A stretch of DNA of 38,947 bases, taken from NCBI GenBank assembly GCA_009784085.1, contig WRCJ01000003.1, positions 1 to 38,947 of the forward strand, given 5' to 3'. Below, piece after piece: positions 17,374 through 26,617 of this stretch; the first letter of the stretch is position 1; every line of letters starts with the position of its first letter. The notes under the pieces are model-generated. The model saw nothing but the letters and a program-made list of their open reading frames with translations, had not been told where the DNA came from and searched no databases. This DNA comes from Oscillospiraceae bacterium (lineage in GTDB: Bacteria > Bacillota > Clostridia > Oscillospirales > UBA929). The translations under genes and the position numbers were made by a program.

Positions 17374-18459
17374 ATGAAAAAAGCGGTTAGGATCATCACG
17401 GTGGCCGGCCTTGTCCTGTTGGCCGTCCTCACCTTTGTCTCGCGGTCGATATACAACAAGAACCTGCCCCAGGTCACTGCCGCCAAACTGGACGTGGGGC
17501 TAGTCCCCCTGACGTGGGAGACGGTCGGGGCCCTCGAATACCCCGGCGCGGCTACTCTCAAGGCAGGGGGGACCTGGACGGTAAGCGAGGTGTTTGTCAA
17601 GGACGGGGACGTAGTGCGCGTAGGCGACTTGCTGTGCAGTTTTGACACGCGGGTCTTCGACATGGACAGGCAGGCGATGGAACTGGAAGTCCTGCGGCTA
17701 CAAAACGCGCTGGCCGCGATGGACGACTGGCGGCCTCAAAGCGCCGCGGAACGCCGCGCCAAATCGTACCAGCAATCCGAAACCACCGCGTCGCTGGAAC
17801 TGGCCGAGCAGCGGCTTGCGTATGCCCTCTCCCAGGCGCCGCCGGGAAATGGGCTGCACACGGACTGCGCCGGCGCGGTGTACGGCCTTGCGATGGAGCC
17901 GGGGGACACGCTCCTTTTTGGGGACGCCCTGCTGTCCATCCTGCCCGACGAGCTGCCCGAACTCGAATTCTCCCTGCCGCCCAAGGAAGGGGAGGCTTTC
18001 GGTCCCGGCGTGATAGTCCAGGCCCAAGTGGCGACCATCCGGCGGGACAACGAAGGCAAAACGGTGTTTGCCCGCCAGGCCGTATCGGGGCAGGTGTTCA
18101 GCAGCGTGCTGCGTGGCGGCCAATGGGAGTGCCGGGCTCGCCTCAATGCCTTTGAGGGCGCGCCCGTGGCCGGCCAGGAGGTGCCCCTGAAGGTGACCCA
18201 GCCAGGGGAGACGCAGAACTATATGGCCCCCCTGGGCTGTCTGTTCGAATGGGAAAACCAAAAGATAGTGTATGAGATCGCCCGCCGCCCCGGGCTGTTT
18301 GGCGAGGAAAACTACCTGACCGCGGTGGTCGTGGAGGTGCTGTACGACAACGGGAAACATGTATCGCTGGTGGGCGATAGGCTCCACTGGCAAATGCCAT
18401 TGGCGGAAAACATTTCCCAGCCGGTGATTGACGGGGACGTAGTTTGGGTGCGGGATTGA
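17374..18459 (+). CDS. Membrane-fusion/RND adaptor (HlyD-like) protein
   Basis: N-terminal TM, lipoyl half-motifs VSEVFVKDGDVVRVGDLL and GAVYGLAMEPGD...GDALL flanking a helical hairpin, C-terminal APLGCL and DGDVV. Confidence 0.75.
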   Translation: MKKAVRIITVAGLVLLAVLTFVSRSIYNKNLPQVTAAKLDVGLVPLTWETVGALEYPGAATLKAGGTWTVSEVFVKDGDVVRVGDLLCSFDTRVFDMDRQAMELEVLRLQNALAAMDDWRPQSAAERRAKSYQQSETTASLELAEQRLAYALSQAPPGNGLHTDCAGAVYGLAMEPGDTLLFGDALLSILPDELPELEFSLPPKEGEAFGPGVIVQAQVATIRRDNEGKTVFARQAVSGQVFSSVLRGGQWECRARLNAFEGAPVAGQEVPLKVTQPGETQNYMAPLGCLFEWENQKIVYEIARRPGLFGEENYLTAVVVEVLYDNGKHVSLVGDRLHWQMPLAENISQPVIDGDVVWVRD

Positions 18460-18493
18460 CATCTTTAATTGTGTTAGCGAGGAAGTGAAAGGT

Positions 18494-19954
18494 ATGTGCA
18501 GAACAAGCATGTGCAGAACAAGGATGGGTAGCGGCGGCCTGAAAAAGCGGCGGTCGGACATCCCGGCGCGAACGACGCGTAAACGCTTGGGGGCCGTTTC
18601 CCTGGCCGCCGCATTGCTAATGGGCCTATTACTGGTGGTCGCGGGGTGTCAACCGAGCAACAATATTGTCAACCCCATCCCCGACACGCCCATTGACTTG
18701 ACGCCAACGGACGAATTGGTGCTATATCTGCCGGGCTACCAGTTTTTAGACCCTGGGTTCATGGCCGCCGTGAAGGCCTTTGAAAATACGTATCCAGGCG
18801 TGAAGGTAACTGTCGAGGTAATCGGCGCCCCGGACAGGGTGCCTGAAGGTGACTACCAAACCCGTATCAACACGGAAGCGATGGCCGGCACCGGGCCTGA
18901 TGTCTTCCTAACGAGTTACTTTTTTGACATGTATGAAACCATGGAATTGGGCGCATATCTCAACTTGGAGCCAATCATAGCTGAAGATGAGGACTTTGCT
19001 CTGGAAGATTATAACGGCACAGTGATGGATGCGGGGGTTTACAAGGGCGGGCGTTATATCATCCCGCTGAAATATTATCTGCCCATATTGCTGACAGAAC
19101 AGGGGATTTTGGACGACATTGGATTTGATATAGCCCAAGACGTCAATTTTATTTCCTTTTTCAATGAAGTCGCGGACAGTTTGCCAAAAGCGCGGGAAAA
19201 CCCCTCTTTTATCCGACTGCTCGGTGATAGGATTGCGTATGAATTTACACAGATAGCGGGGGTATCTTTGATAGACCGGGAACGTGAGATCATTTTACCG
19301 GACGAGAAGGGGCTGCGCGCCGTTTGCGAATCGTATAAGCCCTATTGGGTCATCGATTCCCTCCGCGACGACCAAGCGACTACATTCGGTGGAAATGTAT
19401 GGTCGGTTATCCAAGAGGGCGCGATTGTTTTTGGCGAATATCAATTAGATATATTTAATACGGTTTTTGACTTGAGCCAAATGAAAGCCACAGGGTATAC
19501 GCCGGTGTTGTCAGCCATACGCCGTGCGGACGGCGGGTTAAACGCCTCCGTAGGCCAGAGCGTGGCGATCCGCGCCGGTAGCCCCAACCAGCTCAACGCA
19601 TGGAGATATATCAAGATCCTGCTGTCCGAGTCCATGCAGAATGGCGGATCTGACATCGCAAGGAGTTGTGGTTTCCCGGTCAACAAGGCGGCTTTACGCC
19701 GTGAACTTGATGGAATCCTTAAAGAAGATACGCTTATCAATACCCCGGAAGGAAAACGGATATTCCAAGCGGTACCTTGGTCGGATAAGGAACCGTATCT
19801 GGTATTGCATGAAAGCATTACGAGCTGCACGTTGCCTGATATGGCGACAAATTGGCTCTATAGTTCCATGAAGCCTTGGTTCGACGGCAAGAAGAGCTAC
19901 GAAGATTGCCTGGAAGATCTGCGGCAGAGACTGACTCTTTATTTCTCTGAATAG
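18494..19954 (+). CDS. Extracellular solute-binding lipoprotein, paralog B (start uncertain, 18485-18524)
   Basis: Lipobox VAGC. Shares DLTPT.ELV.YLP, GVYKGGRY, AIRAGSPNQLNAW and KSY..C...L...L.LY.SE with paralog A. Confidence 0.85.
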   Translation: MCRTSMCRTRMGSGGLKKRRSDIPARTTRKRLGAVSLAAALLMGLLLVVAGCQPSNNIVNPIPDTPIDLTPTDELVLYLPGYQFLDPGFMAAVKAFENTYPGVKVTVEVIGAPDRVPEGDYQTRINTEAMAGTGPDVFLTSYFFDMYETMELGAYLNLEPIIAEDEDFALEDYNGTVMDAGVYKGGRYIIPLKYYLPILLTEQGILDDIGFDIAQDVNFISFFNEVADSLPKARENPSFIRLLGDRIAYEFTQIAGVSLIDREREIILPDEKGLRAVCESYKPYWVIDSLRDDQATTFGGNVWSVIQEGAIVFGEYQLDIFNTVFDLSQMKATGYTPVLSAIRRADGGLNASVGQSVAIRAGSPNQLNAWRYIKILLSESMQNGGSDIARSCGFPVNKAALRRELDGILKEDTLINTPEGKRIFQAVPWSDKEPYLVLHESITSCTLPDMATNWLYSSMKPWFDGKKSYEDCLEDLRQRLTLYFSE

Positions 19955-19966
19955 CTTACCTATATT

Positions 19967-20003
19967 GGAGGCTGCCGCGCTTTCTTGGTGCGACAGCCCC
20001 TTT
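19967..20003 (+). terminator. Probable intrinsic terminator of the SBP operon
   Basis: Imperfect stem GGAGGCTGCCGCGC / GTGCGACAGCCCC followed by TTTACTTT. Confidence 0.5.
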
Positions 20004-20099
20004 ACTTTGCACGATCAAAAACGAAAGACACTGGCATCAACGCTTGTGTTGAGACGATGGCGTGTATGCCGTCATGACCGCCCGGAAAGGGCAGCACAC

Positions 20100-20972
20100 T
20101 CAGTAACTACACGTTTTTCTCCGATGTTTCCGCCCCACCAACATCGCGCACACGCCAAGTGCAGATGCGATTAAGACAATTATCCAAACGAGCGCATTGA
20201 CACCATCGCCTGTTTGGGGAGCCGTAACGGTTGGTGGTTGCGCGGTTGTGGGTGGAGTAGCCGATGGGGGCGGGGTCTCGGTAGAGGGTTCTGTTCTATC
20301 CACATGCAAAGTTATATTTCTATGATCCTTATCGAAAGATAACACGGCTTGAAAATCGTAATCCCCACTTAGGCTTTCCAGATACTCCTGTGCAAACAAA
20401 ATTTTCATTAAGCCGCGATCCCATTCCGCCGTGTAATTCGAAGGATCGACATCCTCTCCGCCACGGGTTAGCGTAATGAGATTGTAGTCATAATCCGAAC
20501 CTGGATAGGGGATTATCCATTCTTCTCCGAACTTTTGCACGTTCCAAGTGAGAATCCTCAGACCCTTTTTATATAGATCGGCGACAAGCGTATACTCCCC
20601 ATTGGCCAGTGTTTTTAGATACGCCTCTTCGAGTGTGATGATCGTGCAATCGTCCATGAGCGTAAAGTTGTAATTCGATGGATCGATTTCCTCGCCATAT
20701 ATGGTTTGTTGGCCTGGATAATAGTATAGCTTGACCTTCTCCGCATGGTCAAACTCGATGCTTGCGGACACTGTTCCGCTACCTGTAAATGTGTCGAAAT
20801 AAATCGGCACCTGCATCTCTGCCGTCGCATTTATAGACATGGTAGAGGAAGTAGGCTGTCCAACCTCTGCGTCCATGGCTGATTGCGAAGCGCGCGCCGC
20901 CAATGAACTCATAGGGAGCTGCAGGAGAATCGCAATGAGAAGAATGCATAAACCTCTTTTTATGGTTTGCAC
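20100..20972 (-). CDS. Secreted sortase-anchored surface protein with two Ig-like (X2-like) repeats
   Basis: Sec signal; repeats IDPSNY...EAYLKTLANGEY and VDPSNY...EYLESLSGDY; Pro/Thr linker; APQTGD, TM helix and RKHRRK tail. Confidence 0.75.
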   Translation of the reverse strand: MQTIKRGLCILLIAILLQLPMSSLAARASQSAMDAEVGQPTSSTMSINATAEMQVPIYFDTFTGSGTVSASIEFDHAEKVKLYYYPGQQTIYGEEIDPSNYNFTLMDDCTIITLEEAYLKTLANGEYTLVADLYKKGLRILTWNVQKFGEEWIIPYPGSDYDYNLITLTRGGEDVDPSNYTAEWDRGLMKILFAQEYLESLSGDYDFQAVLSFDKDHRNITLHVDRTEPSTETPPPSATPPTTAQPPTVTAPQTGDGVNALVWIIVLIASALGVCAMLVGRKHRRKTCSY

Positions 20973-21116
20973 AGGAAAAACCCCTTTCGTTTGTAATTTG
21001 GCCTACTACCATAATAACAATCCGAAAGGGGCAGCTCTTACAGGGCATTCGAAAAAATATTGCACAAAACTTCAAGCATAATGCTATGTAATGTTGCTAG
21101 GTGAAAGTTGTTCAGC

Positions 21117-21839
21117 TCACGCTACCGAACGGGCAATTTGCAATAAATCCCCCACGGGAAGCAAGCCGGCTAAGGCAAATGAGAATCCGTTCCGTGTCCA
21201 CACGATATTGGAATATGCGTCCTCGTCGTATGTTTCGCTGATGTGATATGTAATACCATCGTATGCCTCGGTTCGATATTTTGAATGCTCAATATCGAGG
21301 CCATGTGCAGCGAGCAACGCGACATCAAGCATAAACATATTCCTGTTTTCATCCATATAGATTTTGAAACAATCATACCCTAAAATTTCCTCAGCAAGCA
21401 GTGTGTATCCATCAGGGAGGTAATGCGGTAAAAAATCCTGGGCGGTTTTAGTTTCGACGTTCGGATTCTCTGGTGTATCGGTATCCCCGCCATCGGCATC
21501 ATCGAAGGTAATGCGAATATGATCGTTGTAGAACTGGACAATGGCGTCTCGTACAGCAGCTCTAACTTGGGGATTCACCATGAGCAAAGATGCTAAAAGG
21601 GTAGAGAGAACACATATTACGATAACTGCCGCCCGTGTAAATGATAGCGCCCGTTTGGCAACAGCTCTATTCCTTTCCCGCGAAAACAACTTATCCATTC
21701 TACGAATGTGTTCTTTGCTAAAAGGGTGTTCTCGGAGTATATCTCCCTCAGGTGGCATTGCGATCATATCCTCTTGAAAGTTCGCTTGGACAGCTTCCGT
21801 CAACAACGAGTCGAACACCGTGCTCCCAATGTTAATCAT
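21117..21839 (-). CDS. Anti-sigma factor-like protein (DUF4367-like)
   Basis: HPFSKEHIRRMDKLF, one TM, VRAAV, LPHYLPDGY, IVW..NG...LLQIARSV; overlaps the sigma gene stop. Confidence 0.75.
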   Translation of the reverse strand: MINIGSTVFDSLLTEAVQANFQEDMIAMPPEGDILREHPFSKEHIRRMDKLFSRERNRAVAKRALSFTRAAVIVICVLSTLLASLLMVNPQVRAAVRDAIVQFYNDHIRITFDDADGGDTDTPENPNVETKTAQDFLPHYLPDGYTLLAEEILGYDCFKIYMDENRNMFMLDVALLAAHGLDIEHSKYRTEAYDGITYHISETYDEDAYSNIVWTRNGFSFALAGLLPVGDLLQIARSVA

Positions 21840-22389
21840 CAATAAAACCTTCTTTCCGCAGAGAATCATACAACTTGCGCCGTAATCTGTGGATGCGGAC
21901 AGCTGTAGCGTTTTTGTTGCTACCGATCAGTTCTGCGATCTCGCAGTCGGTTTTCCCTAGCAAGCACTTCATTTCGATTAATGATTTGTTGATTGGGTCA
22001 AGTTGTGATATGTGGTACTGCAATCTGTTTGCTGCTTCTTTCCCAGCAACAATTCGAAATACATCCGGCAAACCATCTCCGACAAAGGGTTCCACATCCT
22101 CCAATAAAGCGTGATCCAAACGATTCTCTTGTTCCAATTTGTTCAGCGCAGCACTCTTCACCATAATGACAATCAAAGTCCCTGTCCTCTTACAGGGATC
22201 AGAAAAATATTTTTCCTTGTGACGAATCATTCGAAGGAACGCTTCGTGAACAGCTTCCTCCGCCCATGCCTTGTTTTTCGTGATAGACAGCGCGACTTTT
22301 AAACATCTACCACGGTGCGCGTTGTAGAATTCTGCGAATATATCGCGTTCCTCGTCTTTTTCGAGCATAGCAATGTAAAATGATAACAA
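21832..22389 (-). CDS. ECF sigma-70 family factor
   Basis: Region 2 (AEEAVHEAF) and region 4 HTH (EIAELIG...VRIHRLRRKL); TTG start with GGGAGG RBS. Confidence 0.88.
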   Translation of the reverse strand: MLSFYIAMLEKDEERDIFAEFYNAHRGRCLKVALSITKNKAWAEEAVHEAFLRMIRHKEKYFSDPCKRTGTLIVIMVKSAALNKLEQENRLDHALLEDVEPFVGDGLPDVFRIVAGKEAANRLQYHISQLDPINKSLIEMKCLLGKTDCEIAELIGSNKNATAVRIHRLRRKLYDSLRKEGFIDD

Positions 22390-22507
22390 AGAATCCCTCC
22401 CTAAACGATGGGGCTACGATAGAACTATGATAGCGCGAAAGAACATATTCTTTATCGATATATATCTTATCGTTCAAATTATACGCACCTTAATTTTCGC
22501 ACAGCAA

Positions 22508-22640
22508 ACTTCATGCGGGTTCCCTGCGCCACGATGTAGGTGAAGGCTGGTCCCATGAAACTACCCGCCCATGAGGTTGAGGCATGGACAGATGGATATG
22601 CGCAAAGCCGGGGGGGAGCCCCCCGGCTTTGCTTTTACCT
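22508..22640 (+). ncRNA. Candidate structured small RNA (family not recognised)
   Basis: ACTTCATG-CGGGT pairs with ACCCG-CC-CATGAGGT. Inner hairpin CCTGCG/TGTAGG. Followed by a plus-oriented terminator although both flanking genes are on the minus strand. Confidence 0.35.
22602..22640 (+). terminator. Strong intrinsic terminator hairpin (T-tract on plus strand; may also stop glgP)
   Basis: GCAAAGCCGGGGGG...CCCCCCGGCTTTGC followed by TTTT. Confidence 0.8.
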
Positions 22641-22646
22641 TTATTT

Positions 22647-22686
22647 CTATTTTGTCCCTACGCCCTGCTATTTTGTCCCTACGCCC
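22647..22686. repeat. 21-bp-period duplication of the glgP last codons and stop
   Basis: CTATTTTGTCCCTACGCCC at 22647 and 22668. Confidence 0.9.
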
Positions 22687-25079
22687 CAGATGTATTTGGC
22701 GTATTGGGCGATGCTGCGATCTGCCGCGAACTGCCCGGCGGCGGCGATGTTTTTCAGCGACATGCGGTTCCACAAGTCCGGGTTTTTGTACACCGCAAAG
22801 GCCCGGCGCCGCGCCGCGCAATAGCTGTCAAAGTCGGCGAGCAGGAAGTAGGTGTCCCGCAGTAGCAGGGAGGAGGAGATGTCGCCATACGACACGCCGT
22901 CGGAAAACCCGCAGGCGATGCGGTCAACCACCCGCTTGAGGTCTGGGGAGTGGTTGTAATACTGCATGGGCTCGTAGCCTCCGCTGTGCAAGCGGGAGAC
23001 CTCGTCGGCGCGTAAGCCGAACAGGAAGAAATTGTCCGGGCCCACCAGTTCCTCGATCTCCACGTTGGCGCCGTCCAGCGTCCCCATGGTCAACGCCCCG
23101 TTGAGCATTAGCTTCATGTTGCTCGTGCCGGAAGCCTCTTTGCCGGCGGTGGAGATCTGCTCGGACAGCTCAGACGCAGGGATGAGCATTTCGGCGAGGG
23201 AAACCCGGTAGTTTTCCAGGAAAACCACCTTGATGCGGCCTTTGACATCCTCGTCGTTGTTGATTTGCTCCGCCAAGCTCCAGATCAGCTGGATGATGCG
23301 CTTGGCCATGAGATAGCCGGATGCCGATTTCGCGCCGAACAGGAACGTGACGGGCGTCATGTCCAAGTTGGGGTTGTCGCGCAGATCGTTGTAGAGCTTC
23401 ACGATGTGCATGACGTTGAGCAATTGCCGCTTGTACTCATGCATGCGCTTGATCTGCACGTCGAGGAGCGAGTTGGGATCGATCAAGATGCCGCTGCTCT
23501 TCTGGATGAAGGCGGCTAGTTTTTCCTTGTTGCGGCGTTTGATGAGGGCCAGCTTGTCCAAGACATCGCGGTCCCCCATGTACCGCTCCAGCTTGAGCAG
23601 ATCGTAAGGCCGCGTCAGGCAGTCGTCGCCGCATAGCTCCCGCACAAGCTCATACAGGCCGGGGTTGATCTGCGCCAGCCATCTCCGGTGGTCGATGCCG
23701 TTGGTGATATTGAAGAACTTTTGCGGCGCGCGGCTGTAGGCATCGGAAAAGACATACGTACGCAGGATGTGGGTGTGCAGTTCAGACACGCCGTTGATGG
23801 CAAAACACGCGCATAAGCACAGGTTGGCCATGCGCAGTTCGCCGTCCCAAATGATGGCGCTGTTTTCCTGCTGTTCGTTGTCGTAGTGATAGACATCCCG
23901 CAATTCTCTCTGGAAGCGGTCGTTGATTTCGCGCAAGATAAGCCAAATACGGGGCAGTAGCATCTCGATGAGGGGTTGCGGCCAGCATTCCAACGCCTCC
24001 GCCATGACCGTGTGGTTGGTGTAGGCTACCGTATGCGTAACAATGTACCACGCCTCGTCCCAGTCCATGCCCTCCTCGTCGAGGAGGATGCGCATAAGCT
24101 CCGGGATGGCCAGCGTGGGGTGCGTGTCGTTGATCTGGATGACATGCCGCAAGTGGAAATCGCGCAACGTCCCATGCCGGCTACGGTGGACGCGGACGAT
24201 AGATTGTATTGTCGCCGACACCAAAAAGTATTGTTGCCGCAGGCGCAGCAACTTGCCCTCGAAGTGGTTGTCCTCCGGATACAGCACCTTGGATATGACT
24301 TCGGCCATCGCGTTTTGCTCTACCGCACGCAGGTACTCCCCCCGGGAAAAGAGAGACATGTCAAACTGCACGGGGGACTTAGAGTCCCACAGCCGCAAGG
24401 TATTGACATGCTGTGTGTCGTAGCCGGAAATGACCATGTCCATGGGGACGGCCAGCACGGAGGTAAAGCCCTGGTAATACGGCTGTGCGCGGCCATCCTC
24501 CCAGCGCATCTCGACATGCCCGCCGAACTTCACCTCCACGGTTTCGTCCATGCGGGGCAGTAGCCAGACATCGCCGGTCTCCATCCACGGGTCGGGCAGT
24601 TCCACCTGCTGGCCCTCCACAATCTTTTGCCGAAAGATGCCATAGTGGTAGCAGATGGAGTATCCGGTCGCCGGGATATCCAATGTGGTCATGGAGTCCA
24701 GGTAGCAGGCCGCCAAACGGCCCAAGCCGCCGTTTCCCAGGCCGGCGTCGGCTTCGGCCTCGAAGATATCGTCCGGGTCCACTTCCAGGTAGCGCAAGGC
24801 GGATATGATATCGTCCAGCATCTCCAAGTTGTAGGCGTTTTTCCGAAGGGATTGGCCCAGCAGGAATTCGAGGGAAAGATAATGCACCTGCCGTTTGTCG
24901 CTTTTTTTCCTTTCCTCGGTCCCCACGGCCAAGCCAGCCGACATGCGATCCCGCACCAGCATGGCGCAAGCTTTGAAGAGTTGTTCTGTTGAGGCTTCGG
25001 GTATTTCCCTGCCAAATTGATGTCGTACCTTATCGGCAATTACATTGGCCAAGTCTATTTGTGTACCTGAATAAGCCAT
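22668..25079 (-). CDS. glgP: Glycogen phosphorylase
   Basis: YLSLEF, GLGNGGLGRLAAC, INDTHP, QIKRMHEYKRQ, EASGTSNMKLMLNG. Confidence 0.97.
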   Translation of the reverse strand: MAYSGTQIDLANVIADKVRHQFGREIPEASTEQLFKACAMLVRDRMSAGLAVGTEERKKSDKRQVHYLSLEFLLGQSLRKNAYNLEMLDDIISALRYLEVDPDDIFEAEADAGLGNGGLGRLAACYLDSMTTLDIPATGYSICYHYGIFRQKIVEGQQVELPDPWMETGDVWLLPRMDETVEVKFGGHVEMRWEDGRAQPYYQGFTSVLAVPMDMVISGYDTQHVNTLRLWDSKSPVQFDMSLFSRGEYLRAVEQNAMAEVISKVLYPEDNHFEGKLLRLRQQYFLVSATIQSIVRVHRSRHGTLRDFHLRHVIQINDTHPTLAIPELMRILLDEEGMDWDEAWYIVTHTVAYTNHTVMAEALECWPQPLIEMLLPRIWLILREINDRFQRELRDVYHYDNEQQENSAIIWDGELRMANLCLCACFAINGVSELHTHILRTYVFSDAYSRAPQKFFNITNGIDHRRWLAQINPGLYELVRELCGDDCLTRPYDLLKLERYMGDRDVLDKLALIKRRNKEKLAAFIQKSSGILIDPNSLLDVQIKRMHEYKRQLLNVMHIVKLYNDLRDNPNLDMTPVTFLFGAKSASGYLMAKRIIQLIWSLAEQINNDEDVKGRIKVVFLENYRVSLAEMLIPASELSEQISTAGKEASGTSNMKLMLNGALTMGTLDGANVEIEELVGPDNFFLFGLRADEVSRLHSGGYEPMQYYNHSPDLKRVVDRIACGFSDGVSYGDISSSLLLRDTYFLLADFDSYCAARRRAFAVYKNPDLWNRMSLKNIAAAGQFAADRSIAQYAKYIWGVGTK

Positions 25080-25099
25080 GTGATCTCCTCATTTTGGTA

Positions 25100-26539
25100 T
25101 TATCTTTTTCCCGTCAATTGGCGGTACAGCGCCATATATTTGGCGGCTGGCTCCGTCCAATCGAAGGACAGGGACATAATGCGTTTTTGTATGGTCAACC
25201 ATGTTTCGCGGTCGTTGTAGGTGGAAATGGCTTGTTGCAAGGTCTGCACCATGTCGCTCGCGTTGTAGTTGGCAAAGGTGAAGCCGGCGCCCTCGCCGGT
25301 TTCGGTGTTGTAGGCCGCCACCGTGTCCCGCAGGCCGCCGGTCTCGCGCACGACAGGTACCACGCCATAGCGCAGGGCCATCATCTGCGACAAACCGCAA
25401 GGCTCCGCCTGGGAGGGCATCAGAAAGATATCGGCGCCGCCGAAGATCTTCATGGCCAGCCCGAAATTGATCATGATATTGGCCGACAGGCGGCCGGAAA
25501 AATTGTTCTGCGCGTTGGCGAACAACTGCTCGAAATGCCAGTCGCCCCGGCCCAGCACGACAAATTGTATCGGCATTTCCATGATACTATCCAGCGACGC
25601 GGCCACCAGATCCAGCCCCTTGTGTTCGACCAGGCGGCTGACCATGGCGACGATGGGGATGCTCTCGTCCTGGTTCAACCCCAATATCTGTTGCAAGTCC
25701 AGTTTGTTGTACACCTTGTCCACGACGGTTTCCGGCGAATAACAATGCGCCAGGTTCGGGTCCGTTTGCGGATCGTACAGCTTGGTGTCGATGCCGTTGA
25801 GGATGCCGGTCAGCTTGTCGCTGTTGTTCTTGATAACCTGCTCCAAGCCGTGGGCATAGAAGGGGAACTGCAGTTCGTCGGCGTAGGAGGGGCTGACCGT
25901 GGTCACCCAGTCGGCGCACTCGATGGCGCCCTTGAGCAGTGAGATCCCTGTCCCGTAGCGCAACGTCCCGTCGTCCACCAGCGAGGCGGGCAGTGCGAAA
26001 AGCTCGTCGGCCAGTTCGGCGCCGAAACGGCCCTGGTACTCGATGTTGTGGATGGTAAGTACGGTCTTTATGCTGTCGTAGAGGGGATCCCCGGCCCGGG
26101 CGCGGCGGATGTAAATCGGGATGAGGGATGTTTGCCAATCGTTGACATGCACCACGTCGGGCGTCCAGTCCAGCTGGGGCAGTAGGTCGGTGACAGCCTT
26201 GCAGAAGAAGGCGAAGCGTTCGCCGTCGTCGTAGTGGCCGTAGATTTCGCTACGCTTAAAGTAGTACTCGTTGTCGATAAAATAATAGACAACGCCGTCC
26301 TTCTTCATCTCGAACAGCCCGCAGTACAGGTTGCGCCAAGCTAAGCTGATGTAAATGTATTTCACGAACTTCATTTTGGCGCGCCAGGATGGGTTGATGC
26401 TCCCGTACAAGGGCATGACCAAACGGATCGACACCCCCCGTCTGGCCGCCAGCGTCTTGGGCAACGCGGCCAACACATCGGCTAGCCCCCCCGTCTTCGC
26501 AAAGGGCGCGCACTCACTTGTGGCGTAGAGAACCTTCAT
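25100..26539 (-). CDS. glgA: Glycogen synthase
   Basis: KTGGLADV, HVNDWQ, TIHNIEYQG, EPCGLSQ, TGGLRDT; GGAGG RBS before ATG 26539. Confidence 0.97.
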   Translation of the reverse strand: MKVLYATSECAPFAKTGGLADVLAALPKTLAARRGVSIRLVMPLYGSINPSWRAKMKFVKYIYISLAWRNLYCGLFEMKKDGVVYYFIDNEYYFKRSEIYGHYDDGERFAFFCKAVTDLLPQLDWTPDVVHVNDWQTSLIPIYIRRARAGDPLYDSIKTVLTIHNIEYQGRFGAELADELFALPASLVDDGTLRYGTGISLLKGAIECADWVTTVSPSYADELQFPFYAHGLEQVIKNNSDKLTGILNGIDTKLYDPQTDPNLAHCYSPETVVDKVYNKLDLQQILGLNQDESIPIVAMVSRLVEHKGLDLVAASLDSIMEMPIQFVVLGRGDWHFEQLFANAQNNFSGRLSANIMINFGLAMKIFGGADIFLMPSQAEPCGLSQMMALRYGVVPVVRETGGLRDTVAAYNTETGEGAGFTFANYNASDMVQTLQQAISTYNDRETWLTIQKRIMSLSFDWTEPAAKYMALYRQLTGKR

Positions 26540-26617
26540 CTTCGTAAATCCTCCCATTGTGGGCGCCCTTATGTGTGATGTCGGGGCGCGTTTGTTATCT
26601 AGTTATTGATACATGAA

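Noticed and set aside
12988-18199. Diversity-generating retroelement TR/VR pair (an RT remnant lies at the window start)
   Set aside because: Substitutions between the copies involve all four bases rather than adenines only, one copy has a frameshift, and the RT fragment belongs to a group II intron
22515-22570. SAM-I riboswitch, hammerhead or HDV-like ribozyme resemblance
   Set aside because: Only partial word matches: no ATCNAGAG/GCAACC SAM-I core, no CUGANGA hammerhead core, and no HDV P2 partner
22540-22824. 94-aa plus-strand ORF as a small protein or toxin
   Set aside because: It runs through the terminator and antisense into glgP, has no convincing RBS and has no hydrophobic type I toxin character
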